Positions 18,397-27,524 of a stretch of DNA of 64,000 bases are shown piece by piece. Under the pieces are notes generated by a model. It saw only the letters and a list, made by a program, of their open reading frames with translations, had not been told where the DNA came from and did not search any database. Each line of letters opens with the position of its first letter. The first letter of the stretch is position 1. Both the position numbers and the translations under genes were made by a program. The stretch comes from an uncultured Holophaga sp. (GTDB taxonomy: Bacteria; Acidobacteriota; Holophagae; Holophagales; Holophagaceae): NCBI GenBank assembly GCA_963664825.1, contig OY761614.1:2912001-2976000 (forward strand), in the 5' to 3' direction.

Positions 18397-20202
18397 ATGC
18401 CTCCCCGCTCCAATGCCGAGTTCTCCCCCCTCCTGAAGCGGAAGCTTGCCGATCTCCCCACCCGGCCGGGGGTCTATCTCTACCGGGATAGGGAAGGGAA
18501 CCTCCTCTACGTGGGCAAGGCCAAGGTGCTGCGCAACCGGGTGAAGAGCTACTTCCAGAACAAGCACCAGGACGCCAAGACCCGGCGCCTGGTGGCGCGC
18601 ATCTGGGACCTGGAGTTCATCGTCTGCGAGACGGAGCTGGAGGCCCTGGTCCTCGAGAACAACCTCATCAAGGAACACTTCCCCCCCTTTAATATCCTGC
18701 TGCGGGACGACAAGACCTACCCCTACGTGAAGCTCACCTGGAAGGACGCCTTCCCCCAGGTCTTCGTGACCCGGCGGGTGGTGAAGGACGGGTCGCTGTA
18801 CTTTGGCCCCTTCTTTCCCGCCTCTACCGCCTACCGCACGGTGGAATTGGTCTACCGCTTCTTCCAACTCCGGGATTGCGATCTGGTCATCGATGGCCAG
18901 CGGAGCAGGGCCTGCATGAAGTACCAGCTCCACCGCTGCACGGCCCCCTGCATCGGCGTCATCCAGGCCGAGGCCTATGGCGAACAGGCCCGGGAGGCGC
19001 GGCTCTTCCTGGAGGGCAAGCGGGACGAGCTGAAGAACCGCCTGGAAGCGGCCATGTGGAAGGCTTCCGAGCACAGCGCCTTCGAACAGGCGGCCCATCA
19101 CCGGGACGCCCTCCAACAGCTGGATGCCTGGTTCACCCGCCAGAAGGCCGCCACCGTGGACCAGGAGGATACGGATCTCTACGGATCGGCGGTGCTGGAT
19201 GGCAGGGCCTGCGTCCACCGGCTCGTGATGCGGGAGGGGCGCATGGTGGGCCGGAAGGAATACATGATCGAGGATGTGGAGGCCGTGGATGGGGCTGTGC
19301 TCGCCCAGGTGCTCCAGCGGGTCTATTCGGAAGATCCCGTGCCCCTGCGCATCCTGGTGGAAGTGGAACCCGAGGATGTGGAGGTGCTGCGGGAGTGGCT
19401 GGGGGGGATGCGGGGCACGAAACCCACGATCCACGTGCCTCAGCGGGGGGAGAAGGTGGAACTCCTGGCCATGGCCCAGGAGAACGCGGGGCTGGCTCTC
19501 GAACGGAAATTCGAACCCGCCCGCCTCAACCAGGCCGTGCTGGAGGGCCTCCAGGCCTTCCTGGGGCTGGCCCAGCTGCCCCGGCGCATCGAATGCTTCG
19601 ATATCAGCCATGGACAGGGCCGCGAGGTGGTGGCCAGCTGCGTGGTCTTCACCGAAGGCGTCCCCGACAAGGGGCAGTACCGGCGCTTCAAGCTGACGAA
19701 CGAACAGAACGACGACTTCGCCAATATGCAGGAGACCGTCCAGCGCCGTTACAGGCGGCTGCGCGACGAGGGCAAGGAGCTTCCAGAACTGGTGCTCATC
19801 GATGGCGGCCTGGGCCAACTGCATGTCGTGCAGGAGGTGCTGCACGAACTGGAACTGGATCGGCTCGAGCTGGCCTCCCTGGCCAAGAAGGAGGAACTGG
19901 TCTTCCGCCCCGGTTCAAGCGAGGCCGTGCGCATTCCCAAGACCAGCCCCGTCCTCCAGCTCCTCCAGCGCATCCGCGACGAGGCCCACCGCTTCGCCAT
20001 CACCTATCACCGGAACCTGCGCGCCAAACGCACCCTCCAGACCGAACTCACGCAGATCCCCGGCATCGGCGAGGCCACGGCCCGAAAGCTGCTCCTGGCC
20101 TTCGGCAGTGTGACCGGTGTGCGGGAAGCGGAGGAGGCGGCCCTCCTTGAATCCATCGGCCCGGCCGCGGCGCGAAAGGTCATGCTCTGGCGCCAGGGCT
20201 GA
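18397..20202 (+). CDS. uvrC: Excinuclease ABC subunit C
   Basis: GIY-YIG N-terminus (PGVY..YVGKAK.LR.RV.SYF), RIECFDISH, LIDGG.GQL, RDEAHRFA and HhH motifs. Confidence 0.97.
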   Translation: MPPRSNAEFSPLLKRKLADLPTRPGVYLYRDREGNLLYVGKAKVLRNRVKSYFQNKHQDAKTRRLVARIWDLEFIVCETELEALVLENNLIKEHFPPFNILLRDDKTYPYVKLTWKDAFPQVFVTRRVVKDGSLYFGPFFPASTAYRTVELVYRFFQLRDCDLVIDGQRSRACMKYQLHRCTAPCIGVIQAEAYGEQAREARLFLEGKRDELKNRLEAAMWKASEHSAFEQAAHHRDALQQLDAWFTRQKAATVDQEDTDLYGSAVLDGRACVHRLVMREGRMVGRKEYMIEDVEAVDGAVLAQVLQRVYSEDPVPLRILVEVEPEDVEVLREWLGGMRGTKPTIHVPQRGEKVELLAMAQENAGLALERKFEPARLNQAVLEGLQAFLGLAQLPRRIECFDISHGQGREVVASCVVFTEGVPDKGQYRRFKLTNEQNDDFANMQETVQRRYRRLRDEGKELPELVLIDGGLGQLHVVQEVLHELELDRLELASLAKKEELVFRPGSSEAVRIPKTSPVLQLLQRIRDEAHRFAITYHRNLRAKRTLQTELTQIPGIGEATARKLLLAFGSVTGVREAEEAALLESIGPAAARKVMLWRQG

Positions 20203-20226
20203 GGAATTCGGATTCGATAACCCGTA

Positions 20227-20928
20227 TTAACGCGAGGGCGTCTTCCCCTCCAGGGCCTTCAGCTCCTTCTGGGCGGCCACGCTCCCGGCCGCCGCGGCCT
20301 TCCGGTACCACTTCAGGCCTTCTTCCTGGTTTCTTTGCACGTTCAGGCCGTTGTAGTACATGACGCCGAGCATCCGCATGGCGTCCTTGTCCCCCTGCTG
20401 GGCCTTCTCGAGGTACGAGCGCAGGGCAGGGGGCACTTCGGTGGTGGCAGCCTCCTGGGGGCCGGGTTTTGCATCCGGTTCCGACTCTGGGGCCTCGGCG
20501 GTCTTGAAACCCAGGAGTTCGGGCCTCAGGAAATAGACCGTCCCCAAGCCCAGCAGCAGAACCAGGGTCGCCCAGCCCCAGAGGGGCATCCGCTTCCGCG
20601 GTGGCAGGGGCAGTTCCCCCGGGGCGATTCGCCGGGTCTGGACATCCGGATGGAGGATCTGTGTCTCGAAGAGAGGGGCAGACTCCGGAGGGGCTCCGGC
20701 CTGGATTCTCACCTCGGGGCCATTCAGGAGGGCCTGCACGGCCTCGGCGGAGGGGCCCAGGGGGCTCACGGGAATGGGCTGGGTGGGTTCATCGCTGGCG
20801 GCGGGCAGACGCTCGAACATGGGCAGCTCGGGCCTCTCCCCTTGGGTCATCTGGAGCGCATCGAGGTCATGGGTCTGTGTCGTGTCCCCGGGTTGGGATT
20901 CCGGAGGTTGGGGCAAGGGATCGGGCAT
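20227..20928 (-). CDS. Membrane-anchored Sel1-repeat protein
   Basis: Pro-rich N-terminus, one TM helix, AMRMLGVMYYNG...WYRKAA..G. Confidence 0.8.
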   Translation of the reverse strand: MPDPLPQPPESQPGDTTQTHDLDALQMTQGERPELPMFERLPAASDEPTQPIPVSPLGPSAEAVQALLNGPEVRIQAGAPPESAPLFETQILHPDVQTRRIAPGELPLPPRKRMPLWGWATLVLLLGLGTVYFLRPELLGFKTAEAPESEPDAKPGPQEAATTEVPPALRSYLEKAQQGDKDAMRMLGVMYYNGLNVQRNQEEGLKWYRKAAAAGSVAAQKELKALEGKTPSR

Positions 20929-20982
20929 GGTGGCTTCCCTGGAATGAACCCCAGCATAGCGCCGGGACCCTGGAACGGAGGA

Positions 20983-21456
20983 TCAGAAGTGGGCGCGCAG
21001 GCTCTCCAGGTAGGCGGCGGCTTCCGCTGTTTGCTCCAGCGGCGCCCAGGGAGGGCGTTCCTCGGCTCGAGGGGCGGCGTAGGGACCGGCCTTGGCCTCG
21101 AGGAAGACCGAACCGCGCTCCAGGGAAACCAGCCCGTGGAAGGTGCCGTGGGGTATGGTGAGGCCGAGGCAGCCTCCCGGGGTCAGGACCCGGGCCTCAA
21201 GGACCCCTCCCTGGGGATCGAAGATGAGGGCGCCCAGGCGGCCCCGGAGGACCAGCAGGGTCTCGTCCTTGGTGGGCTCCCCGTGGCAGTGGGGCGGGAT
21301 GTAGGAAGAGGGCTCGATGGCGATGAGGAGCCTGTGGCAGGGGTATTCCGCGTGGGGATGGAAGTTGTGGTGGGTGCGCTGACGGGCCGTGGCCCGAGCC
21401 TCATCGCTGAGGGCGTCCAACAGGGCGACATCGATGAAGGTGGCGCGGTTGTTCAA
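20983..21456 (-). CDS. WbuC family cupin-fold metalloprotein
   Basis: R.HHNFH, YIPPHCH..KDE, FH.LV and FLEAKAGPY motifs. Confidence 0.88.
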   Translation of the reverse strand: MNNRATFIDVALLDALSDEARATARQRTHHNFHPHAEYPCHRLLIAIEPSSYIPPHCHGEPTKDETLLVLRGRLGALIFDPQGGVLEARVLTPGGCLGLTIPHGTFHGLVSLERGSVFLEAKAGPYAAPRAEERPPWAPLEQTAEAAAYLESLRAHF

Positions 21457-21640
21457 AGCTTCTCCTCTTGCTCCGAGGCCAAGGCCCTCGCTGCGATGAA
21501 GGGGGACCGCCTGCTCTCTCCAGATAGCCTACCCGGGTCCAAAACACCGGATCTAAAAGAGCTTTCCCGGTTCCGGAAGGTGATCCACTCTCCGGTTTAG
21601 CTTTCGCCAGGCGCGGTTGGGCGGTCCCCCCTGAATTGCA

Positions 21641-22420
21641 TCAGGCAGCCTGCACGCGGATCTCGCCGAAGGCTTCCGACTGCACCAGCCTCACCCGGCC
21701 CGTGCGCATGAGTTCCAGGAGGGCCAAAAAGGTGATGACGAGATCCTCCCGGGTCTGGGCCGTGGCCAGGAGTCCGCTGAAGGGGAGCCAGCGGCCATCC
21801 TGAAGATCCTTGATCACTTCGGCGATGCGCTGGTCTAGCGTCCTGGGGGCCGTGCGGACCTCGACGGCGGGGGGCGGGAGCAGCTTCTTGAGGGCTTCCC
21901 GGTAGGCGCCCAGCAGATCGAAGAGGGTGGCCTGGATGGGCTCCTCCTCCACCCGGGCGTGTTCCTGGAGATCCAGGCCCTTGGTGTAGACCACGGATTG
22001 CCATTCGCCTTCCCGCACGGCGAGTTCCTTGGTGGCCTCCTTGACGGCCTGGTAATCGAGCAGGCGCTGGACCAGTTCCTCCCGGGGATCCTGTTCCTCG
22101 CCATCCTCCGTGGGGGGCAGGGGCAGCAGCAGCCGGGACTTGATCTGGATCAGATGGGCCGCCATGGCGATGAATTCGGCGGCGACCTCCAGATTGAGTT
22201 CCTCCATGAGCAGCAGGTGATCCATGTACTGCTTGGTGACTTCTGCCATGGGCAGATCCAGGAGATCGAGCTTGTGCTCGCGGATGAGGTAGAGCAGCAG
22301 GTCCAGAGGCCCCTCGAAGGAGGCCAGGCGCAGCGAGAGATCCCGGAACTTTGTCTCGAAGCCCTTGGGGGCCTCAAAGGAAGGGCGGGTCTCGGCCGAG
22401 GAATCCTGGGGGTCGGGCAT
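21641..22420 (-). CDS. scpA: Segregation/condensation protein A
   Basis: FEGPLDLLLYLI, IKSRLLLP, DPREELV and TFLALLEL motifs. Confidence 0.95.
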   Translation of the reverse strand: MPDPQDSSAETRPSFEAPKGFETKFRDLSLRLASFEGPLDLLLYLIREHKLDLLDLPMAEVTKQYMDHLLLMEELNLEVAAEFIAMAAHLIQIKSRLLLPLPPTEDGEEQDPREELVQRLLDYQAVKEATKELAVREGEWQSVVYTKGLDLQEHARVEEEPIQATLFDLLGAYREALKKLLPPPAVEVRTAPRTLDQRIAEVIKDLQDGRWLPFSGLLATAQTREDLVITFLALLELMRTGRVRLVQSEAFGEIRVQAA

Positions 22421-22975
22421 GGGTCGATTGTACCTCCTGACCCTTCATGTCCTACCTCGATTTGCCCGTCAGGTCCTCGATCTCTTGCAGTAGCTTGTCC
22501 GCCTTACCCTGGGGCAACAGGGGCAGGTTTTCGTAGAACACCCTGAACGAGGCCAAGCGCGCTCCCTGGACCGGACTGGGCAACTGGTCACTGAACTCTG
22601 CGGGCCGAGGCCCCGAGAGGGTCAGGGCCGCCGCCGACAGGAGATCCGCGGCATCAGGGTTGGCCTCGGCATTGTTCCTTCGCGCCGAGGACGTGTTGCT
22701 GGTTGCCCCCGGGGATGCGGTGCCCCTAGCTGTCCTGGATCAGTGGGTGGACTGATTGGCTTCGTATGCCTGAAACCGTAGCATTCATGGGCTTCACGGC
22801 GGTATCCCATGGGTGGCCCTATTGCTTTGTTCGGAGGATAAAAAACTGAAGCCAATGGCCGCCAAATGGCCATCTCAGTCGATTCAGATCTACCTCGATC
22901 CATGGCAGTCGTTGGGCCATGATTTGACGAAGTCTTGACGACGAAGACGATTTGACGAATCGGTTTGCCGGTATA

Positions 22976-23009
22976 AAACAAGAACCCCCCGGATTTCTCT
23001 AGGGGGTTT
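22976..23009 (-). terminator. Terminator downstream of tRNA-Ala
   Basis: Minus strand AACCCCCTAGA...TCCGGGGGGTT followed by a T-rich tail. Confidence 0.55.
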
Positions 23010-23085
23010 TGGTGGAGCTGATCAGGATCGAACTGACGACCTCTGCAGTGCGATTGCAGCGCTCTCCCAACTGAGCTACAGCCCC
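23010..23085 (-). tRNA. tRNA-Ala(CGC)
   Basis: GGGGCTGTAGCTCAGTTGGGAGAGCG-CTGCA-AT CGC AC-TGCAG...GTTCGATCC...CTCCACCA; G3-U70 pair. Confidence 0.95.
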
Positions 23086-23190
23086 ATGGGAATCTCCAGT
23101 CTAGCGGGGCGTGGTCCGGCGTCAACCGATGCCTCGTGGCTCTGCGGCCATTCCCCTTGTTTTTTCGGGAGGAGGGCCCGATCCTGGGGC

Positions 23191-23742
23191 ATGGCCAAGA
23201 TGGGGCGTCGGGTATCGTTTTTTTCATTCCTGCTGGCAGGGGCGGTGGGTGCCTCCGAGCCTCTTCCCCTGCCGGCCCTCGAGGCGCCCCAGGCCGGGCC
23301 TCCCCAGGCCTTCACCTGGGTCATGGTGCTCCCGGCCCGGGATTGGGGGGGCGGCGAATGGCGGACCTGGGTCGGCTCGGACCTGACATCGCGCAAGGTG
23401 GGGCGGTCCCGGCGAGGCACTCCCGGGGCCACGGTGGAAGTGGTGGAGCGCTTCTTCGATGAGCGCCAGGAGAGGATTTTGGATTTCAAGGCCACCTGGA
23501 AGCCGGTGCTGGCCCGCTCCTTTCAGCTGGGATGGCAGAGCTCGTACACCGGGGAGATGCTCTCGGAATTCATGACCATGACCGCCGCCAATCTGGGCCC
23601 CTTGAGCGTTCCCTCGGTTTGGTACAACGGTCTCATCCCCTATTGGGTCCAGCAGGGCTGGGATTCTTCCATGGGCTCCCGGGTTTCGATCACGAGTACG
23701 CCGTCGGACCGACCCATGATCCTATACCCCAAAAAACGCTGA
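23191..23742 (+). CDS. Hypothetical exported protein
   Basis: ORF with a signal-peptide-like N-terminus; start uncertain. Confidence 0.5.
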   Translation: MAKMGRRVSFFSFLLAGAVGASEPLPLPALEAPQAGPPQAFTWVMVLPARDWGGGEWRTWVGSDLTSRKVGRSRRGTPGATVEVVERFFDERQERILDFKATWKPVLARSFQLGWQSSYTGEMLSEFMTMTAANLGPLSVPSVWYNGLIPYWVQQGWDSSMGSRVSITSTPSDRPMILYPKKR

Positions 23743-23758
23743 TCGCCGCAAAAGGGGT

Positions 23759-24790
23759 CTACCGAAGGGCTTCCATGCAAGCCTGAAGCACCTCCGGGCC
23801 GGGTTTGACGGACTCCTGGGGCAGGAGGGCCAGGGGCGCGTCCACCAGGTGGAGGTATTCCTGCAGGGTGGGGCGATTGGGCTGGAGGCAGAGGAGGCCT
23901 GTGAGGAGTTCCCCCGCTTCCCGGGCCTCGTGGAGGGCCTTCATGGCGCCGAAGCGGTCCATGGGGTCGTAGTCCGCGTGCAGGCAGCGGAAGGTCAGGC
24001 GACTGCCATCGGGGAAGGCCACTTCCCGGGTCTCTCCGGCGGGGATCTCGATCTGCTCGAGCTCCGCGTAGGGCACGAAGCCCAACTCCTGAAGGGGAAT
24101 CTCCCTGTCCTTAGCCACCTTGTAGGATCTCGTGCTGCCCTCGTGGTTATTGAAGGTGACGCAGGGGCTGATCACGTCGATGAGGGCCGTGCCGCGATGG
24201 GCGAAGGCGGCCTTGAGGAGGATATTGAGCTGCTTGGGATTGCCGCTGAACCCCCGGGCCACGAAGCCGCAGCCCAGTTCCATGGCCAGGGTGCAGGGGT
24301 CGATGGGCGGGAACTCGTTCCGATCCCCCTTCTTGAGCAGGGAGCCGATATCGGCCGTGGCGGAGAACTGGCCCTTGGTCAGGGCATAGACGCCGTTATC
24401 CTCCAGGATGTAGACCACCGGCACGTTCCGGCGAATCATGTGCATGAACTGGCCCATGCCGATGGACATGGAATCGCCGTCGCCGCTGACGAGGAGGTTG
24501 GTGAGTTGACGGTTCGCCAGGGTGACGCCCGTGCAGATCGCCGCGGCGCGTCCATGCACGGAATTGAAGCCCCAGGCCTGGTTCAGGAAGTAGGCGGGCG
24601 TCTTGCTCGAGCAGCCGATGCCTGAGAGCTTGGCCACCCTGTGGGGCTCGATGCCCATCTCGAAGGCCGCCTGGATGATCTGAGCGGTGATGGCGTCATG
24701 GCCGCAGCCGGGGCAGAGGGTGGATTTGGCGCCCGCATAGTCCTGTTTTGTGAGGCCGAGGGCGTTGGTGATAGGGGGCATGGTGGGCAT
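23759..24790 (-). CDS. 2-oxoacid:ferredoxin oxidoreductase beta subunit
   Basis: LCPGCGH, SGIGCSS, HGR, SGDGD (TPP binding), TKGQFS and SPCVTFN motifs. Confidence 0.93.
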   Translation of the reverse strand: MPTMPPITNALGLTKQDYAGAKSTLCPGCGHDAITAQIIQAAFEMGIEPHRVAKLSGIGCSSKTPAYFLNQAWGFNSVHGRAAAICTGVTLANRQLTNLLVSGDGDSMSIGMGQFMHMIRRNVPVVYILEDNGVYALTKGQFSATADIGSLLKKGDRNEFPPIDPCTLAMELGCGFVARGFSGNPKQLNILLKAAFAHRGTALIDVISPCVTFNNHEGSTRSYKVAKDREIPLQELGFVPYAELEQIEIPAGETREVAFPDGSRLTFRCLHADYDPMDRFGAMKALHEAREAGELLTGLLCLQPNRPTLQEYLHLVDAPLALLPQESVKPGPEVLQACMEALR

Positions 24791-24797
24791 GTGGGAC

Positions 24798-26621
24798 TCA
24801 CTTCTCGAAGGCATTGATCTGGTCGACGAGGGTCTGGGCGTGGAGGGGCGTGCTGTCGTAATGCCTCAGCTTCCGGATCTTTTGCGAGAGCTCGGGGAAG
24901 AATTCCCTCAGGAGATTGGCCATCTGGCCGTCGCGGTTCTGGTCCACCACGTAGACCACCTCCATGCGTTCCAGGAAGGTTTCGATCTCCTGGGTGAAGG
25001 GCAGGGCGCAGATGCGCAGGTAGTCCGCCGACTTGCCATGGGCTTCTGCGAGGATATCCAGGGCCTCCTGGACGGCGGGGTCGCTGGATCCGTACGCCAG
25101 GATGCCCCGCTTGGAATGGGCGCTGCGTAGGATCGGCGCGGGCACAAAGGCTCTCGCCGTATCGAACTTCCGACGCAGGCGGTCCAGGTTGGACTTCCAA
25201 TCGGCGGGCTTTTCCGAATAGAGGGCGTGACCGTTGTGGCCTGTGCCCCGGGTGAGATAGGCGCCCTTTCCCCCCGGCGTGCCCGGCAGGGTGCGCCAGC
25301 AGATGCCATCACCATCCACGTCCTGGTAACGTCCCCAGTCCTGGACTTCCTGGAGTTCGGCTTCGCTCAGCACCTTCCCCCGATCGAATTTCGCCTCCGG
25401 GTAGGTGAAGGGGCGCGAGGCCCAGTTCTGCATCCCCAGATCGAGATCGGTGACGACGAAGACCGGCGTCTGGAAACGCTCCGCCAGATCGAAGGCCTCG
25501 TAGGTGAAGCGGAAGCACTCCTCCATGTTCCCCGGGTAGAGGCAGATGTGGTAGGTGTCTCCGTGGCTGGCCTTGGCGCAGAGCTCGATATCGCCCTGGC
25601 TGGTGCGGGTGGGCAGGCCGGTGGAGGGGCCCATGCGCGTCACATCGATGAAGACGCTGGGGCATTCGGCGAAGTAGCCCAGGCCAATGCATTCCGACAT
25701 CAGGGAGAGGCCGGGCCCCGAGGTGGCGGTCATGGCGCGGGCCCCCGCCCACCCCGCGCCGATGATGGCCCCGGCGCTGGCGAGTTCGTCTTCCATCTGG
25801 ACGATGGCCACATTCATCTTGCCGGTGGTCGGATCGGTCCGGTACTGCTTCGCATATTCGGCCAGCGTCTCCACGACGCTGGAACTGGGCGTGATGGGAT
25901 ACCAGGCCACCACCGTGACGCCGGCGAACATGGCCCCCAGGGCGCAGGCTTCATTGCCATCGAGGATGATCTGGCCTTGGGTCTGGGTATCCCGGGCGAT
26001 CTTCAGGCGGTCCTGGGCTGGCAGGTGCTGGAGGGCCCAGTCGAAGCCCGCCTTGGCCGCGCCGGCGTTGAGCGCGATGGCCTTCTGCTTGCCCCCGAGC
26101 TGGTGGGCGATGGCCCGCTCCACCTCGTTCATGTCCAGGCCGAGCATCCGCGCCGCGACCCCCACGTAGATCATGTTCTTCACGAGCTTGTGGAGCTTGG
26201 GTTCCGGACAGGAGGCCGTGACCAGCTGCTGGAAGGGGACGGGGAAAAAGACCAGATCCGAGCGCAGGGCATCCAGCCTCAGGGGCTCGTCGAAGAGGCA
26301 CAGGGCGCCCGGCTCCAGCTTGGCCACATCCTCCCGGGCGGTTTCGGCGTTCATGCAGATCAGCAGGTCCACATTCGGCTTGGGGGCCGCGTAGCCTCTG
26401 GGATTGACGCGAATCTGAAACCAGGTGGGCAACCCGGCGATGTTTGACGGGAAGAGGTTCTTCCCGCTAACGGGCACGCCCATCTGGAAAATGGTGCGCA
26501 TCAGCACATTGTTGGCCGTCTGGCTGCCGGATCCGTTGATCGTGGCGATCTCGATGGAAAAATCATTCAACAGGGTTTTCCCATGGGGCATCACCCCTGG
26601 AACCTCGTGGGGGGAAGACAT
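24798..26621 (-). CDS. 2-oxoacid:acceptor oxidoreductase alpha subunit (gamma-alpha fusion)
   Basis: NGSGS, GNEA, WYPITPSS, QMEDELA, TATSGPG and GPSTGLPT motifs. Confidence 0.93.
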   Translation of the reverse strand: MSSPHEVPGVMPHGKTLLNDFSIEIATINGSGSQTANNVLMRTIFQMGVPVSGKNLFPSNIAGLPTWFQIRVNPRGYAAPKPNVDLLICMNAETAREDVAKLEPGALCLFDEPLRLDALRSDLVFFPVPFQQLVTASCPEPKLHKLVKNMIYVGVAARMLGLDMNEVERAIAHQLGGKQKAIALNAGAAKAGFDWALQHLPAQDRLKIARDTQTQGQIILDGNEACALGAMFAGVTVVAWYPITPSSSVVETLAEYAKQYRTDPTTGKMNVAIVQMEDELASAGAIIGAGWAGARAMTATSGPGLSLMSECIGLGYFAECPSVFIDVTRMGPSTGLPTRTSQGDIELCAKASHGDTYHICLYPGNMEECFRFTYEAFDLAERFQTPVFVVTDLDLGMQNWASRPFTYPEAKFDRGKVLSEAELQEVQDWGRYQDVDGDGICWRTLPGTPGGKGAYLTRGTGHNGHALYSEKPADWKSNLDRLRRKFDTARAFVPAPILRSAHSKRGILAYGSSDPAVQEALDILAEAHGKSADYLRICALPFTQEIETFLERMEVVYVVDQNRDGQMANLLREFFPELSQKIRKLRHYDSTPLHAQTLVDQINAFEK

Positions 26622-26761
26622 GATTCTCCTTTCGGGCGCAGCGTGAGCTGGAATCCCCAGGGACGTGAGACCTCAGCCATGGAATAAAGTATACCAAACA
26701 GGTAAGGATTTGGGGCTCGTGGGGTTTCGGGTGGCTGGCTAAAAAAAGCGAAAAAAAAGGA

Positions 26762-26790
26762 TTGACCCGTGCACCTCCGTTGCTTAATTT
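26762..26790 (+). promoter_or_regulatory. Putative sigma70 promoter of lexA (leaderless)
   Basis: TTGACC-N17-TAATTT, ending 7 nt before the ATG at 26798. Confidence 0.55.
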
Positions 26791-26797
26791 TGGATGC

Positions 26798-27436
26798 ATG
26801 AAGACCTCGAATCTCACCAAACGCCAGCTCGCCGTCCTCCAGTTCATCCGGAGCTTTCTCCAGGAGGAGGAGCGGAGTCCCACCCTCAAGGAGATCGCCG
26901 ATGGCGTGGGCTCCAGCGCCGTGAGCACGATCCACAAGCATGTCCAGCACCTTACAGAAAAGGGCTTCCTGGATCGCAGCCACGGGGCCGGCAATAACAT
27001 CGTGGTCACCGAGGATGAGGATCTTTCCCTTCCCGTGTCCAGGTATCAGGGCACGGGGCGCATGCTGCCCTTCTGCGGGGATGTGGCGGCGGGCGCGCCT
27101 CTCATCCCCGAGACCCGGGCCATCCCCATTGAAGTGCCCAATGCCATCCACCGGGATCGGGAGGAGCTCTTCGTGCTCCGGGTCCGAGGCGATTCGATGG
27201 TGGAGGATTCCATCCTGGACGGCGATCTGGTCGTGCTCCAGAGGCGCGGGGACTACCGCAACGGGGACCGGGTCGTGGTGCTCATCGATGGCGAGGATGT
27301 CACGCTCAAGGAATTCCGCCGGGATCCCGGAGGAGTCTGGCTCATCCCCCATAATCCCAATCTCGGCCCCCAGTGCTATGCCCCGGACCGGATCCAGGTG
27401 CAGGGCCTGCTCGTGGGCGTGATGCGCAGCTGCTGA
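26798..27436 (+). CDS. lexA: SOS repressor LexA
   Basis: LTKRQ..L.FI, PTLKEI, VAAG cleavage site, V.GDSM (catalytic Ser), TLK (catalytic Lys). Confidence 0.93.
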   Translation: MKTSNLTKRQLAVLQFIRSFLQEEERSPTLKEIADGVGSSAVSTIHKHVQHLTEKGFLDRSHGAGNNIVVTEDEDLSLPVSRYQGTGRMLPFCGDVAAGAPLIPETRAIPIEVPNAIHRDREELFVLRVRGDSMVEDSILDGDLVVLQRRGDYRNGDRVVVLIDGEDVTLKEFRRDPGGVWLIPHNPNLGPQCYAPDRIQVQGLLVGVMRSC

Positions 27437-27524
27437 ATCCACTCGAGCGGGGATTTCCTGAGATCCCCGCTGGAATGACGCACTTCCCCGCGCTACAATC
27501 CCATGACAACTGGGGAAGCCAAGG

